Below, in pieces: positions 24,761-37,080 of a stretch of DNA of 64,000 bases (position 1 is its first letter; each line of letters opens with the position of its first letter). This DNA comes from Vicugna vicugna (taxonomy: Eukaryota). Position numbers and translations under genes: made by a program. The notes under the pieces were generated by a model. It was given only the letters and a program-made list of their open reading frames with translations, had not been told where the DNA came from and did not search any database. Location: the NCBI GenBank assembly GCA_013265495.1, contig MU057887.1:2079576-2143575 (forward strand), given 5' to 3'.

Positions 24761-27014
24761 ATCTTTCTTTCCTTTGAGGGAAAATGGGTCATTGATCTCC
24801 GCAGGGAGCAGACGAGGAGAAGCCAGCCCGGCAGAGCTCTGAGGACGCGGAGCTGAGGAATTAGAGGGAGGGTGGAGGTGACAGGGGTCCAGCGTGCCGG
24901 GAGCTGACACGCAGCGGGGAGGGGGTGGACAAGGGGGAAAGAAAAGGTGGCAGAGCTGGTGGCGACCGAGGCTGGGACCTGACGATGGACTGGGCAGTAG
25001 ATGGGCATCCTCTGCCCCCTGTCCCAGCTGCCCCTCCTCTGTCCCACCCCTTCCTCCCTCACTCTGCCCTCCTTCCTTTGGGGGGCTTCCCTGCTGCACA
25101 GGGGACCCCATGCACAAGTCGGGCTGCACTGCTCCCTGCACCCGGAGGCGCCAGGGGCTCCCCACGCGGCTAAGGACAAAGTGCACGCCTGCTCCGGCAC
25201 GAGGCGTGTCAGCCTGGCTCCCCCGGCGACTCCGCCGCCTCCTGCCCCAGCCTGGCCTCCGCGACCACTTGGCCTTCCCTGATGGTGCCGTTGGCGTCCC
25301 ACCCCCGCGCACTCAGAGCGCCTCCAACACAGGCGTGCACAGCATCTGCTGGGGGCCAGGCCGTGGCTCAGGCTGGGGGTGCAGCCGCGAACGAGGAAAA
25401 GAGCCTCCCTTTTGTGGCTTGTATTCTGGTAGGGGGCGGGCAACACTGAGGTCTCAGGGCCAGTGTGAGACCCCGGCTGTCCCCACATAAGGAGGAGCAC
25501 CGAGGAGCTCTGAGCACCATCCCACCTCCAACCTGGAATTCAAAAGGATCAGCTTTGGCACCAGCGCTGAGGACGGGCTGAGGGCGGAGCTGAGGGGCAG
25601 GGGGAGGGGCCCACTGGAGGCTTTGCAGAACCAGGCGAGAGGCCAGGGGCTCTGATTCTCCCCTGTTTCGAAGGCAGAAGTGAGTTTGCGGGCGGGCCAT
25701 GTATCGAGGACTTTGGTCTGAAGAATAGAGTGAAGGGTCCACCGTTTCCTGGGAAGGGAAGAGCCTGGGGGCACGGGGTCAGCGGGCGGAGCCTCAGTCA
25801 GGTTTTGGGCGTGTGCGTGTAGACCCCCGTGTCAGACGATCCCACGGGTGTTAGGGAGACTTGGACACTCCAGTCTCAAGCTCGGGCAAGGGGCAGCTGA
25901 CCGCTGTCAGTACTTGGCGGCACCTACAGCCATGGCTGGTGAGACAGTGGAGGGAGCAAGTGCGCACAGAGAAGAGGCCGGGCCAGGCGGGGGCGGTCCA
26001 GCGCCTGAATAGGAGCTGGGGATGGAGATGAACTGACCAGCAGATGCCTGTCGGATGCCTGTGGCTCACGGCCAGGAGTGATGCCCAGAGGCAGACTGTA
26101 GGGTTGGTTCAGGTCCCCGGCTTGGCGGGCGGGTGAGTGGAGCGCCTGAGGTGGGCATCGGTCTGCACGTCCAGGGAATGACCGAGTCCGGTCACTCGCT
26201 GATCAAATGGGAAAGAATGACTTGTCCTCAGGTTGGACTGGGTCATGAGGACAAAGGAAACATGCGTGCTAAAACTTTCCAGACCTGTTGGATCCATCCA
26301 GGGAAAGGGGCTCCAGGATGCTGGACAACATATTTGGGAGAAAAATGTCACTCTATCAAAATTTTGCCTGAGGCCAGCTCCGACTTCTGTCTGCGCCCAC
26401 AATTGCTGCTTTCAGCGGGAGAGAACCATGAATCCCGCCTGTCTGCCGTGAGTTCTGAAGTCTGCGGGCGGGCGTGCTCAGTGACTGCGAGGAAACAGAC
26501 TGTTTTCAATTGTTTGTTTGACAAATATGACTAAGCGTTCAATAAGTTATCTTTCAAATTATCCTGTCAAAATCATCGTGACACGGGGGGATGATAACAC
26601 AGTTCTCCGAGGGAAGGATGGATGTCTGCTCTGAACAGCTGCAGCTGGCCTCTGGGATGTGGTGATGGATGCGGCGACGGCTGGCGGAGGCAAGAAAGGG
26701 GTTCTGTCGTGGGGTGAACGTGCACCCCCGTCACAGCTGGTCCTCGGCGTGGAGGCGCAGAAGCGCGGCCCCGTGCTGCTGTGCGGTTCCCACCCGGGTG
26801 TGACAGCCTCACCACGCAGGCTGCCCGAGTCTGCGGCCCGGGTGGGAGCAGTCTCCCCGGACACTTCGCTAAGCGTGGGTCAAGACAGGAGGCCTGTGTC
26901 CTCGTCAGTTAGCTCGACTGCTGCGGTGGGACCTCAACTTGGAGCCAACGGATTAAGCTCAAATCTCCCCACATCTTACAGCCATGCTCCCCCCCAACCC
27001 TGTGCTGAGTGTGA

Positions 27015-27345
27015 GAAGGGCCTGGAGACGATCATACTGAGTGCAGTGAGTCAGACAGAGAGGGACAAATACCACGCCGCCGCTTACGTGTGGATCTAAA
27101 AGTGCGACACAATGCACTTGTTTACAACCAGAAATGGACCCACAGACACAGAAAACAAGCTACGCTACCAAAGGGGAAAGGGGGTGGGGAGGGATAAACT
27201 AGGAGCTTGGGATTAACAGATACAAAGAGCCCTTCGCACAGCAGGTTAGTAACAAGGCCCTCCGTGCAGCGCAGGGAGCTACATTCAATAGCTTGTGCTA
27301 ACCGGTAGCGAAGAGAATCTGAAAAGGAATGGATACGTATGTATT
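27015..27345 (+). mobile_element. Cetartiodactyl/camelid-type L1 ORF2 end and 3' UTR
   Basis: atcatactgagtgcagtgagtcagacagagagggacaaatac, cacagacacagaaaacaagct and gggataaactaggagcttgggattaacagatac. Confidence 0.85.
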
Positions 27346-27559
27346 TTTCATTCTATAATCTTTTTAATTATACCTCAGTTCACATGCCTGTTTAGGCACA
27401 TAGTTCAAGCATTTGAAGAAAGTGTAAGAAAATGTTCTGAACGGAGTCCCCCATTATTATCTTTACTGGACCTCATGTTTCGGGGTCGCTTCCTGGGCCA
27501 GTCACTGCCCCAAGCAGGTTTACAGGAACTCAGCTCCTCCTCGGCCTGCCTGTGCGGGG

Positions 27560-27660
27560 GGTGCTGCTACTCTTCCCACTTTACAGACGAGGAAACTGAG
27601 GCCGGAAGTGGTTGAAGGACTGCCGAGTGGTACACTTGTGAGGGGTAAGCCCAGGGGCCC
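27560..27660 (-). mobile_element. MIR core
   Basis: cccactttacagacgaggaaactgaggc. Confidence 0.8.
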
Positions 27661-27853
27661 AGGGCTCCATGTCAGCCCCTGAGCGAGACCTTTTAGAAAG
27701 AGCCCTGAGCTCAGCCTGCAGAGCAACTAGAGGGGCCCGAGGAAGGCGCCAGTCAGGGGAGGGGACGGCTCAGAGGAGTCAGGTTTCTGCCCCGGATGAG
27801 GGGCCGGCAGTGGGGTGGGGAGGGAGGAGGGGAGCGGGTTTGCAGGAAGACCG

Positions 27854-28334
27854 CGTGAATGAAAACTACTGCAGCCACGTCAGTGCAAAAAGGGTGCTGT
27901 CCACCAAGTCACCTGCCGCTACCGCCGCCCCGACAGTGAGTGGGGGGACTCAGGATGCGGACAAGCAGGCAGCCAGGCCTCTGCCACCATCCCCCATGGT
28001 GCCCCCTGAGGGGGCTCAGGATGGGAAAGCACAGGACAGTGGCCCTGGAGCGCTCAGTGCAGGTCAGAGGGGTGATTTCAATGAGCCCAGACCTCTGCAC
28101 CTTCCCGCACATAGAAAAGCTGTCTGGTTTTCTTTAATTAACAGTGATCTTTCGATCTTCTGACTACCTGTCTTTGTTGCAAGAACTCCTGTATATCCTG
28201 GCTCCTCCCCCGCTTCCCCGGAGCAGCCCCTCAGAGGGGTCTGAGAAGCTGTCTTCTGGGCTTACGTCCTTAGAAAGTCCACGGACTAACACATAACTCT
28301 CAACTTTCAGGTTGTGCATATTTTTTAGTCAACA
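27854..28334 (+). mobile_element. ERV solo LTR (cetartiodactyl-type, probably ERV1)
   Basis: cctgtatatcctggctcctcccc...ggagcag and a U5-like end cataactctcaactttcaggttgtgcatattttttagtcaaca. Confidence 0.75.
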
Positions 28335-28691
28335 CTCATGAACTTGGTTTTGGACGTGTAGAGTTTGAAATGCTGTTGAGGCCTTCAATTCCTCTGTCCG
28401 GTGGCTGGCCGGGTGAGCCTTGGGAGAGATGGAGGGCTGGTCCCGGAGCCAGCAGGTGTGTTGGGCTCTGTCCCTACTCAGGGGTCTCAGCGACCAGCCC
28501 CAGGCAGAGACGCAGCTCAGCTGACCCCACAAGGACCGACTCCATCTCCACTCCTGGCCCCAGGCCCCTGGCCCCTGGTCCTGCGTGAGGCCCCCTCAGC
28601 TCCCGGCCCTCATCCGGGGCTCAAGAATGGCACATACACTCTGTATGCTTCTGCAGCTCCATGCTGGGCTGCCAGCCATGACCCACACCAC

Positions 28692-29237
28692 TGTCAGAGT
28701 CGGATGGAGAGAAAGAAAGGAGAGAGACAGCTCAAGGCAGAGTCAGGTCTATTTTGGGAACCTGCAGAGGGCTGTCCGGCTGGGCTGGCGCCCGCTTTTC
28801 TGCGTACAGTCTTGGCTATTTATGCCCACGGGCGGGAGCTGGCTGGTGGGTTCTCATGCAAATGAAGGGTGCTGAGAGGCACGATTCGTTGCTGGGTGTA
28901 CTGAAAGTGAAAGGGCATGTCTGACAGAGAGCGGGGCGGGGTGGGCTTTCCCACCGCGTCCTCACTCACATCTGGGCGGGCACAAGCTGTTACGCAGGTG
29001 AGGGACACTGAAGGGTGAATGCAGGTTGGTGGGTTTTGCCGAAGGTAGAAGTTGTTACTTGTTGGCTCGGCTTGTCCTGAAATAGCGGTGGATCAGCTAA
29101 GTCAGCAGTGGATCCACAAAGCGGAGGTTGGTCAGAGGTTGGTCGTGTCTATCAGCCACCTCACCCTGTCCCAGCGATGTGAGCGACTTAACCTCGGTCT
29201 GTGTCCTTTCCTCCCTGGAGACCCCTCTGTGCCCTCA
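28692..29237 (-). mobile_element. Probable ERV solo LTR
   Basis: TG...CA ends (tgtcagag...tgccctca), minus-strand TATA-like element (tatttatg) and an octamer; family not identified. Confidence 0.55.
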
Positions 29238-30406
29238 TGGGGTCTGGCACTTGATGGAGCTGAATCTGCTTTTCCGCTGCTTTCAGTAAGCTGGCTGTGG
29301 TGGGGACCCGGCCAGCTTGGGCCATCACGGATGACATTTTCCAGCTCGGGATATTTTTAATGCAGATTCACAGGAGCCATCAGTAACGTCTCTGGGGCTG
29401 ACGCCTTCCATCAAAAGCACATCATAAAACAAATAACGTGACAGAAGCCACATCAAGAAATCACTTCACTCACAACAAACTGCCATTGCTCCCACATGAA
29501 CACACAGCTCCTGGCTGACAGACGGCTCCGTGGGAAACAGGTGGGAAGTTGGACCAGAGCAAGAAGGTTCCGGAAAGCCCAGGTGGAAGGCTCAGCGTGG
29601 TTCAGTTTGGCCCTCCTGGCTCAGGTGCCTGCCTTCATCAGGACCAGACAGTGTTCCTGGAGGATGCGGGCGAGACCGGCTGGCCTGAACCTGCCAGGTA
29701 AGATCTCACACTCGGCAAAGCCCCGCGGCCACTCGCTCCTTCCGAGAAGTGGAGGAGCAGACGTGGGCCCCTTCCTGGATCACCACCCACAGCGAGCCCA
29801 CTGTGCCCAGCCTGAGCCCACCGCTCCTGGGGGTGGGGGTGGCTCGAGGCAGGTGCGTGCATCCTGCTGCAGACCCTCCCTCTCGGATTCCACTAGACAA
29901 AGGGGCGGGGGCTCGGCATCTCAGCAGCCCTGGCTCAGAGCAGACGTGCTCCCCACTGCTGCGGTCAGAATCAGGTGTGAGGAGAAGCCCACTTCCCTAT
30001 GCAGACCCCAGTCCATTTCCCTCGCTGCTTTACGTGAGAATAGCTGTTTCTACAGACCGCGGCGTGTTTGTCTCCGGCCCTCGCCCCGCCGACACCGACT
30101 GCCACCAGGTCCTCACACCCACCTGTGCAGCTGGTGCGCCGCGGGCCCCACATATGTTTGGGAACCCCGGATCACGTAAATCATTTGATTAAATCTTTAA
30201 TGAGCTGAGAATGTATTCCTCTCAGTTGCTAGGCTCTGACATTCTCAAGTGCTCTGGAACCACAGCAAAATGATCTCGCTGTCACACCATCCCAAAGGGA
30301 AGCCTGTGGGGGAGGGTTCTGCCAAATGTGCGGTTAACAAGCAGGGTGAGGCAGGATGTTCCTCAGACCCTGGTCCTCCATCAGCCCAAAGGATGGAGAG
30401 TCACAA

Positions 30407-31068
30407 TGTTGCCGAAACATGGCCTCTGTGTCCTGCTTACCAAACTGAGACTTGAGGACAGCGTTTTGGATGAAGTAGAAAAGGCAGCTTTATTTCTTTG
30501 CCCGGCAAAGGAGATCACAGGGGGCTGATGCCTCCAAGACTATGAGCCTGCTGGGGTGGGAAGGTGGGGGTTTCAGAGTAAAAGTTCCAGTTCAAGGGGT
30601 GGGTCCAGTTTCCACAGAGGCCACATACAGGGGAACCAGCTGTTGCAAAGTTGTTCTTGTTTCTGCAGGTGCAGTGTCCCCTCCCTCTGCTGGGTGTGTA
30701 GTTCACCTTCAGCTTCGGGACTCTTAATATTCTTGTACCTGGGAAAAAGGATGCATGGGAGGGTCCCCGTGGAAAGAGCTCTAAGGAAAAACTTGTGCAG
30801 TTTAAAGTCAGATTGAGAAATGCTTTTAGCCTTTTAGGCAGCTGAGGCCTGGGACCGCCTGCTGCAGGCTGAGACCTGCAGCTCAAACAACAGGATACAA
30901 GGAAACCACAAGGGGTTGAGAGCAGGGCACTGGGGTCAGGAGCAGGGCACTGAGCATGATCCCTGCACACAGCACCACGAGGGGGTTTGGCGGACCACCT
31001 AAGCCTCCCTTCTCTCCAGCCCAACCCTGGTCAGCAAGAGCATGAGAAAACCCTTTTAAGCAGTTACA
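30407..31068 (-). mobile_element. ERV solo LTR (cetartiodactyl-type)
   Basis: tgttgccgaaa...gaagtagaaaaggcagctttatttctttgcc (AATAAA on the minus strand); ends cagttaca. Confidence 0.7.
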
Positions 31069-31351
31069 AACCCCATTGCAGATGTCAGATGGACACCAAT
31101 GAAGACAGTAGGGCCCTGCTCAGTTATGTCAGTGGGCGTTCTCATTCTGGAATGAATTCAAACAGAAGCTGTATTCCAGGGCTTATCGCATTAGTATCTG
31201 GGAAGCTGTCACTCAGCAGAGGTAGAAACTGGCAGGCAGGGCCTGGTGGGATGGTCATCTCATCTGGGGCTGTAACCCCCAGCTCCTGGACAGCGTCACC
31301 CACTCAATGGCGGGTGACATGGTGGGGGTGCTGGATTTCAGCTGCACACCA

Positions 31352-31398
31352 TGTGTGAGTGAGTGTGTGTGTGTGTGTGAGAGAGTATGTGTGTGTGT
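31352..31398. repeat. Imperfect (GT)n microsatellite
   Basis: Direct reading. Confidence 0.9.
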
Positions 31399-33047
31399 TC
31401 ACATTTTATATATTTGAGAGTGTCTGGTCAATACAAATTTATTTTTCCAAAACACAGCAACAGTTTTTCCACATACAAAGAATGGTAGATTGTGCTTTTC
31501 ATCAATATGGAGTATTTTCCGTATTATGCAGAATTGACACATCTCCCTTCAATGTGCCCTGTTCAGGTTTCCCATTTTTCTTTAAGCGGACCAGCGAGCC
31601 TGCTTCCCCGGCTTCTCCATCTGTGTCCCCTGCAGCAGCACTTCTGTCCTGACCCCATTCCTGGAAGCTGTCATCACAAGCCTTCCATCCACCCACTCCG
31701 CGGTCTGCCCGCGAGGACCTACTTTGACGTCTCGTGTGAATATGTGTGTGAAATATTTTTATTTCCTGGCTCTCTTTTTCATATTTATCTTCATTTAATT
31801 CCCAAAATGTGTTAGGTTGTGTGTGTTCTCAGCTTATGTTTTTGCATTTGAATCACTTCGCCTGTTTCCTGCAGGGATAAGACATTTGGGGCCAAACTTC
31901 AATATTCCAAGTTTGGAAGTGAGACTTTGGACTAAAAGCTGAGTTAGTCTGAGGCTTGTCAGCGCCCTTGGTGGTTGGGTTCTGAATCCACAAAGAGCAA
32001 TGTGTCCCATATACCACTTTCCTCCTCCATATTTTGGGCACTTTTAACATATTGGGCAATTTTAACTGGTGCTGTTTGGGAAGGTAGATGCTTTTAAGGT
32101 GAGTGTGTGTGGTGTGCACGTGTGCATTTATCCTGGGCAGCATGGTGTGATGATGGTGCTTGCAGCGGGAAAAGAAACGGTTCAGCAATCACTGGCGGTT
32201 TACAACAAGACACCCCCCAGCCCCCTTGGAAGCCTCCACTTTCCTGAACCTACAACCAGAGCTCTTGTAAACACCCAAGGTTGCCTGTTAGTTGAGACTG
32301 GCCCAGAGAAAGTTCTTGCTCGAGAGAATTTTTCTCGTGGCGAGCTTGTAGCGACTGTTTGGGCAAAGGGCTGGACCACCAGGTGTCTCCGGGAGAGAGG
32401 CTTCTGTTCTGCCCACCTTCTTGTTAACCTGAGGATTCCTCGTATCTGGAGGATGGGGCAGCAGGAAGAGCCCGCCTGTCCTTCTGGGCCCTCCAGACCA
32501 TCAGTGTCCCTCCACTTCCAGGTACCAGCTTTTCTTGCGGCGTCCGCAGTGGGTTCCCTGAGGGCAGCCGCTGCTGATGTATCAGTCCTGCCCCCCCCCG
32601 CCCCCTCCTGGTACGAGCAGGCCTGGAGGTGCCGGCTGAGTGACTGACAAAGGGTAGCATCCGTAGTTCAGGGGGCTGCTGGGAGACTCCATTTGAATAG
32701 GGCTGCATTGCCTGCAGGCACGTCTGTGAGTCCAGAGGAGGAGATGGAACTGTGAAAATGACAAATGTGGATGCAGTGCCAGCCCGTCATGAAGCTGCCC
32801 TTCAGGACGCAGAGAGCTGGCGGGGCAACAGGTTTTCCGAGGACACAGAACCTCTCTCCTCCAACTCGAGGCAGGAGGAAGAGGCAGAAGTTGGAGCTGG
32901 AAGGGCTGCAGGAGGTGGCGGCTGCCAGGATGACAGGCCCCCTGAGGGTGTGGCTGGGGTCCTTGCGTAACAGGGAGTAGCTTCCTTGGGGTCCAAGCTG
33001 ACACTTCCCACACACGCGGGGCTGTGGTTGCATTGTTCTGTCTTGCA

Positions 33048-33742
33048 TTCTTACACCTCCTTGGTTAGATTCATTCCTAAGTATTTCATTACTTTGGGTG
33101 CTATTTTAAAGGAGATTGTTTCTTTACTTTCTTTTTCTGTTGATTCATCATTTGTGTAAAGAAATGCAACTGATTTTTGAATGTTAATCTTGTAACCTGC
33201 TACCTTGCTGAATTCTTCAATCAGCTCTGGTAGTTTTTGTGTGGACCTTTAAGGGTTTTCTGTATATAGTAACATGTCAGCATATAGTGACACTTTTACC
33301 TCTCCTTTTCCAATTTGGATCCCTCTTATTTCTCTCTCTTGCCTGATTGCTGTGGCTAGGACTTCCAGGACTATGTTGAACAGGGGTGGTGAGAGTGGGC
33401 AGCCCTGTCTTATCCCAGATTTTAGCGGGAAGCTTTGGAGTTTTTCACCGTTGAGTGCTATGCTGGCTGTAGGTTTGTCATATACAGCTTTTATTGTGTT
33501 GAGATATGTTCCCTCTATACCCAGTTTGGTGAGAATTTTTATCGTAAATGGGTATTGATTTTTATCACATGCTTTTTCTGCATCTGTTGAGGGGATCATG
33601 TGGTTTTTGTCCTTTCTCTTGTTGATGTGATGTATTGCATTGATAGATTTGCGTATGTTGAACCAGCCTTGTGTCCCTGGGGTGACGCCCACTTGGTCAT
33701 GATGTATAATCTTTTTTATGTGCTGTTGGATTCTATTTGCTT
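33048..33742 (-). mobile_element. Relatively young L1 ORF2 reverse-transcriptase fragment (non-functional)
   Basis: ORF 33249-33692 reads [18 protein letters not shown]...[22 protein letters not shown]...[10 protein letters not shown]; the catalytic (F/Y)ADD motif has lost one Asp. Confidence 0.95.
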
Positions 33743-33776
33743 ATTACCATTTGTTTTTATTTTCACAGTTTTAAGT

Positions 33777-34476
33777 TGTGGTATTCCTGGCGCCAACCAG
33801 CCCTCCAGGTCTCCAGCGCCAGCTGGTTGTCCTCCAGTTCAATCCGACTCTGACGCCAGCTGCGCCGACCCCGCGGGGTAAGGGCTCAGGCTCGCCGGGC
33901 TGCCCCGATTCAGACCCAGCTGCGAGCGGGCCCTCGGGCTGCCGCCGGCTTGCCCTGGGCCGGCCACACGCCCACGCTCGGAAGTGTGCCAGTGTGTCCC
34001 GCAGAGCTCAAGAAGACGCTTCGCTTGCATTTTCTAGTTTATTATAAAGGCTTCAATTCAAGAACAGCCAAAGGGAAGAGGTGCCCAGGGCAAGGTCTGG
34101 GGGCGGCACACGGACCTCCCGCGCCCCCTGCGAGCGCGCCACCCTCCCGGCACCCCGAGCGTCCACAGACCCGGGGCGCATGGGATCTCACTGCTCTAGT
34201 GTTTCCTCAGTCCGCAGCCCCCTCCCCTCCCTGGAGGTTGGTGGGTGGGGCTCAGATTCTCACCCCTTTAATCACTTGATCTCCCTGGTGACCAGCACCG
34301 CCCTGAAGTGGCCTCTGGGGCCCACCTGAGCCGCCTCATTAGCATAAACCCAGGGGTGCTCCACAGGGGCTCCTTGCGAATAACAGAAGATGGTTCTATC
34401 AAACAAGACATTCCTCGGGTTTTAGCAGCTCTGGGAATCAGGGACAAAGACCAAGTGTATTTTTTAATGCCCCACA
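33777..34476 (-). mobile_element. MER21-family solo LTR
   Basis: cagctggttgtcctccagttcaatccgactctgac, cctcattagcataaac and gggacaaagaccaag; homologous to 54380-55203. Confidence 0.85.
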
Positions 34477-36538
34477 GTAAAACATTTCTAAACCATTACC
34501 CTGAGTTATGTGCTGGTTGCAAAGTAAGTACCCGGCTTGGACTGAGGTTTATCTGTACAAAAGGGAAGATGTATTTGCACAGGTCTTCCCCATCTGCCTT
34601 CCAGGAATACACATTTCGGCTCCCGGATCAACAGCAGACCTGAGATCCCTTCCATTCCCCGGGACGCTGGTGCCAAATGGCCCCATTAGTCAACGAGTCC
34701 CGAAAAATCAATAGTGAAACGCTTGGTGAGACCTCTGTGCTTTTGCCAACCCTCTCCTCCCTTCCACGAATGAAGCATGGCCATGGGGGATCGTCGAACC
34801 GCAAATAAGTCACGTTCGCAGGGCACAAACCATGTGCCCAAGTGATTTAAAAAAACAAAAGTTTCCCAACCACCTGCCCTCCGCTGGTCTCCCTGGATCG
34901 CTGTGCTCCATCGGCAAAATTGCTTTAAATTGCACCCTCGCGGGCCATCTCCGAGTCTGTTTATCTCTGGGTCCTTCAGCTTAGGTTCTAATTGGGCTGT
35001 AGCGGGGAGGGAGGACGGGGACCTGCCGTGGGGCAGGACGTGCCTGGGGCTTTGGTTCTCGTCTCCTGGGTGGAGAAGCGGGGGCTCCACTAGACGAAGC
35101 AGCTGGGCTGGGAATGAAGCCGGACCCGCTGCCTTCAAGACCCATGTTCTTTGTTACCTTGTTTCTCTTGGACAGACTGGAAGTGTGGCCTTGGGGTCCT
35201 GATGAGGGGCCTCATCTCCATTCCCACAGTGAGGCAGGCGGGTGGCCGACGCCGGGCCTCCGGATGGTTCTCACTGGAGCCCCGCCCTTCTCTCTCTGGG
35301 GGAACCCGTGCCCCCCGACACTGTCACTTGGGCCTGGGGGACCTCTGAATGCCCCACCAGCTCTGAGGCTTCAGGACTTGAACTCCTGAGGCTGTTGTGG
35401 GGAGCGGGGCCAGCCCCCAAGCCCCAAGCATCCCAGAGAACGCCCCAGCTTGAACCTCATCACCCACCTGACCCTTGACCATCCCCACCAGGGTCTGGAC
35501 CACCCTGGGTCCAGGGACAATGGTCGCCCGGCCCACTAGGTCTCAGCAGGTGAGCCGACAGCCCTCTGGGACAGTGATGCTGGGTGTCACAGGAGGAGCC
35601 CCAGGTGCCTGGAGGTCCCCTCTCCCCCAGACCCGGTGTTTCTCAGGTCAGCCCCATGTGTTGCCCCCCAGGCTCCCCAGAAAATCCTCCACACCAGCTG
35701 CTGGACGGGGACTCGTCGTTAAGATGGATCAAAGTGATGCCGTGAGAATGCTTTGTCCAGAGGATCCCTCTATAAATTTAAAGAATTACTGTTCAGATGT
35801 TTCCAAAATAATGAAAGGACTCAAAGGGAACCTGTGGTTCCTTTCTGTCAGAAGAGCTGGTTGAAAGTCAGGAAATTCAGCTACACTCGGCCCCAGGTCG
35901 AGGGGCAGGCGGAAACTTAATCCGTTGTAGCATTTCATCCGGTTCCTGCAAGGTTCTTCTCTGCACCAAGGGACGGAATGTAACCAGACGGCTCGTGTTT
36001 GCAGAGGGTTTTACAGGCAGTGAGCAGCTGTGGTCGCCCGTGAGGTCACGGAGCCTGTGGCCCTGGGAGGCAGGCTTAGGGGCTCTTCCGTCAGGGAACA
36101 CGCCCGGGGCCCCCAGACGCCAGGCAGACCAAGGGGTTTTGCTGCGACCTCTGAGCTGTTTGCTCTCGTTGGTCTCAGGGGATTTGAGTCCCGCTGATGA
36201 GGCGTTAGATGCCCACATTAAAAGATGGAGACACAGGGGACAAATTCAGTGCGACAAGCAGGAGCAGCAGGGGGTTGGGTCGTGAGGATGACCCCGGGAG
36301 GGAGACGGGACTCAGCTGGCTGGCCGGGGCTTCCTGCGGGCCTCCCTCCTGGCCTCCCTCCTCCCGCCCGCCTCCTGGGTGCGCCGCCCCCAGCTCTGGG
36401 CACAGTGCCTGGGCCGGGGCTCAGCCAGCGACTTCCCTCCTCTCCTCCGCCCCCCCCTCCCGGGCGGTCTTAGCTTTGCACACCCGGGTCTCTCTCCAGC
36501 GCGCCCCCTCCTGCCTGTGCTCACACCCTGGGCTTGGC

Positions 36539-36685
36539 GGGGGGGGGGGCGCCCAGTTCAAGTGGATAGCTCAAGTGGTAGAGCACGTGCTTAGCTTGCA
36601 GGGGGTCCGGGGTTCAATCCCCAGCACCTCCTCCGGAATAAATAAACCCAGTTACCTCCCCCACCAAAATAAAGTGATTAAATAA
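36539..36685 (+). mobile_element. Camelid tRNA-derived SINE (Vic-1 type)
   Basis: A box tagctcaagtgg (36567-36578), B box ggttcaatcc (36611-36620), then aataaataaacccagttacctccccc and an A-rich tail. Confidence 0.85.
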
Positions 36686-36841
36686 CACTCCTCGGGCCTG
36701 TTTACAGGTGAGCTCTGCGTCTGTGCTGGGCGGGAGGCCCTTCAGTGGGAACGTGGCCAGCTCCCTCCGAGGGAACCTCTGCCCTCCCTTGCTTTTCTGA
36801 CGTCACCAAACCCTAGAAAATCCATTTATTTAAAGCTGACC

Positions 36842-37080
36842 GGGGAGGGACAAATTTGGAATTTGGGGATTAATGGCCACACACTACTATATATAAACTA
36901 GATCAACAAGGCCCTGCTGCAGAGCACAGGGAGCTGTATTCGATTTCTGTCACAGCGCATAATGGCAGAGAATCTGACAAGGAATACGCATCTATACATA
37001 CGCACACGTGTAACAGGATCGCTTTGCTGTGCACTTTGCTGTAAATTTCATGCTTCACTGAAAGAAATAAACTTTAAAAA
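36842..37080 (+). mobile_element. Cetartiodactyl/camelid L1 3' end
   Basis: cacactactatatataaactagatcaacaaggccctgctgcagagcacagggagct...ctttgctgtgcac followed by an A-rich end. Confidence 0.85.

Noticed and set aside
24565..25500. 311-aa minus-strand ORF
   Set aside because: Overlaps an L2 remnant, has no domain, and several frames are open.
33249..33692. Reverse transcriptase as part of a novel retron/DGR-like or domesticated system
   Set aside because: It is ordinary LINE-1 ORF2, truncated and missing a catalytic Asp, in a mammalian context.
36560..36632. tRNA gene
   Set aside because: No properly paired acceptor stem, and it is followed by a SINE body and A-rich tail; it is a tRNA-derived SINE.
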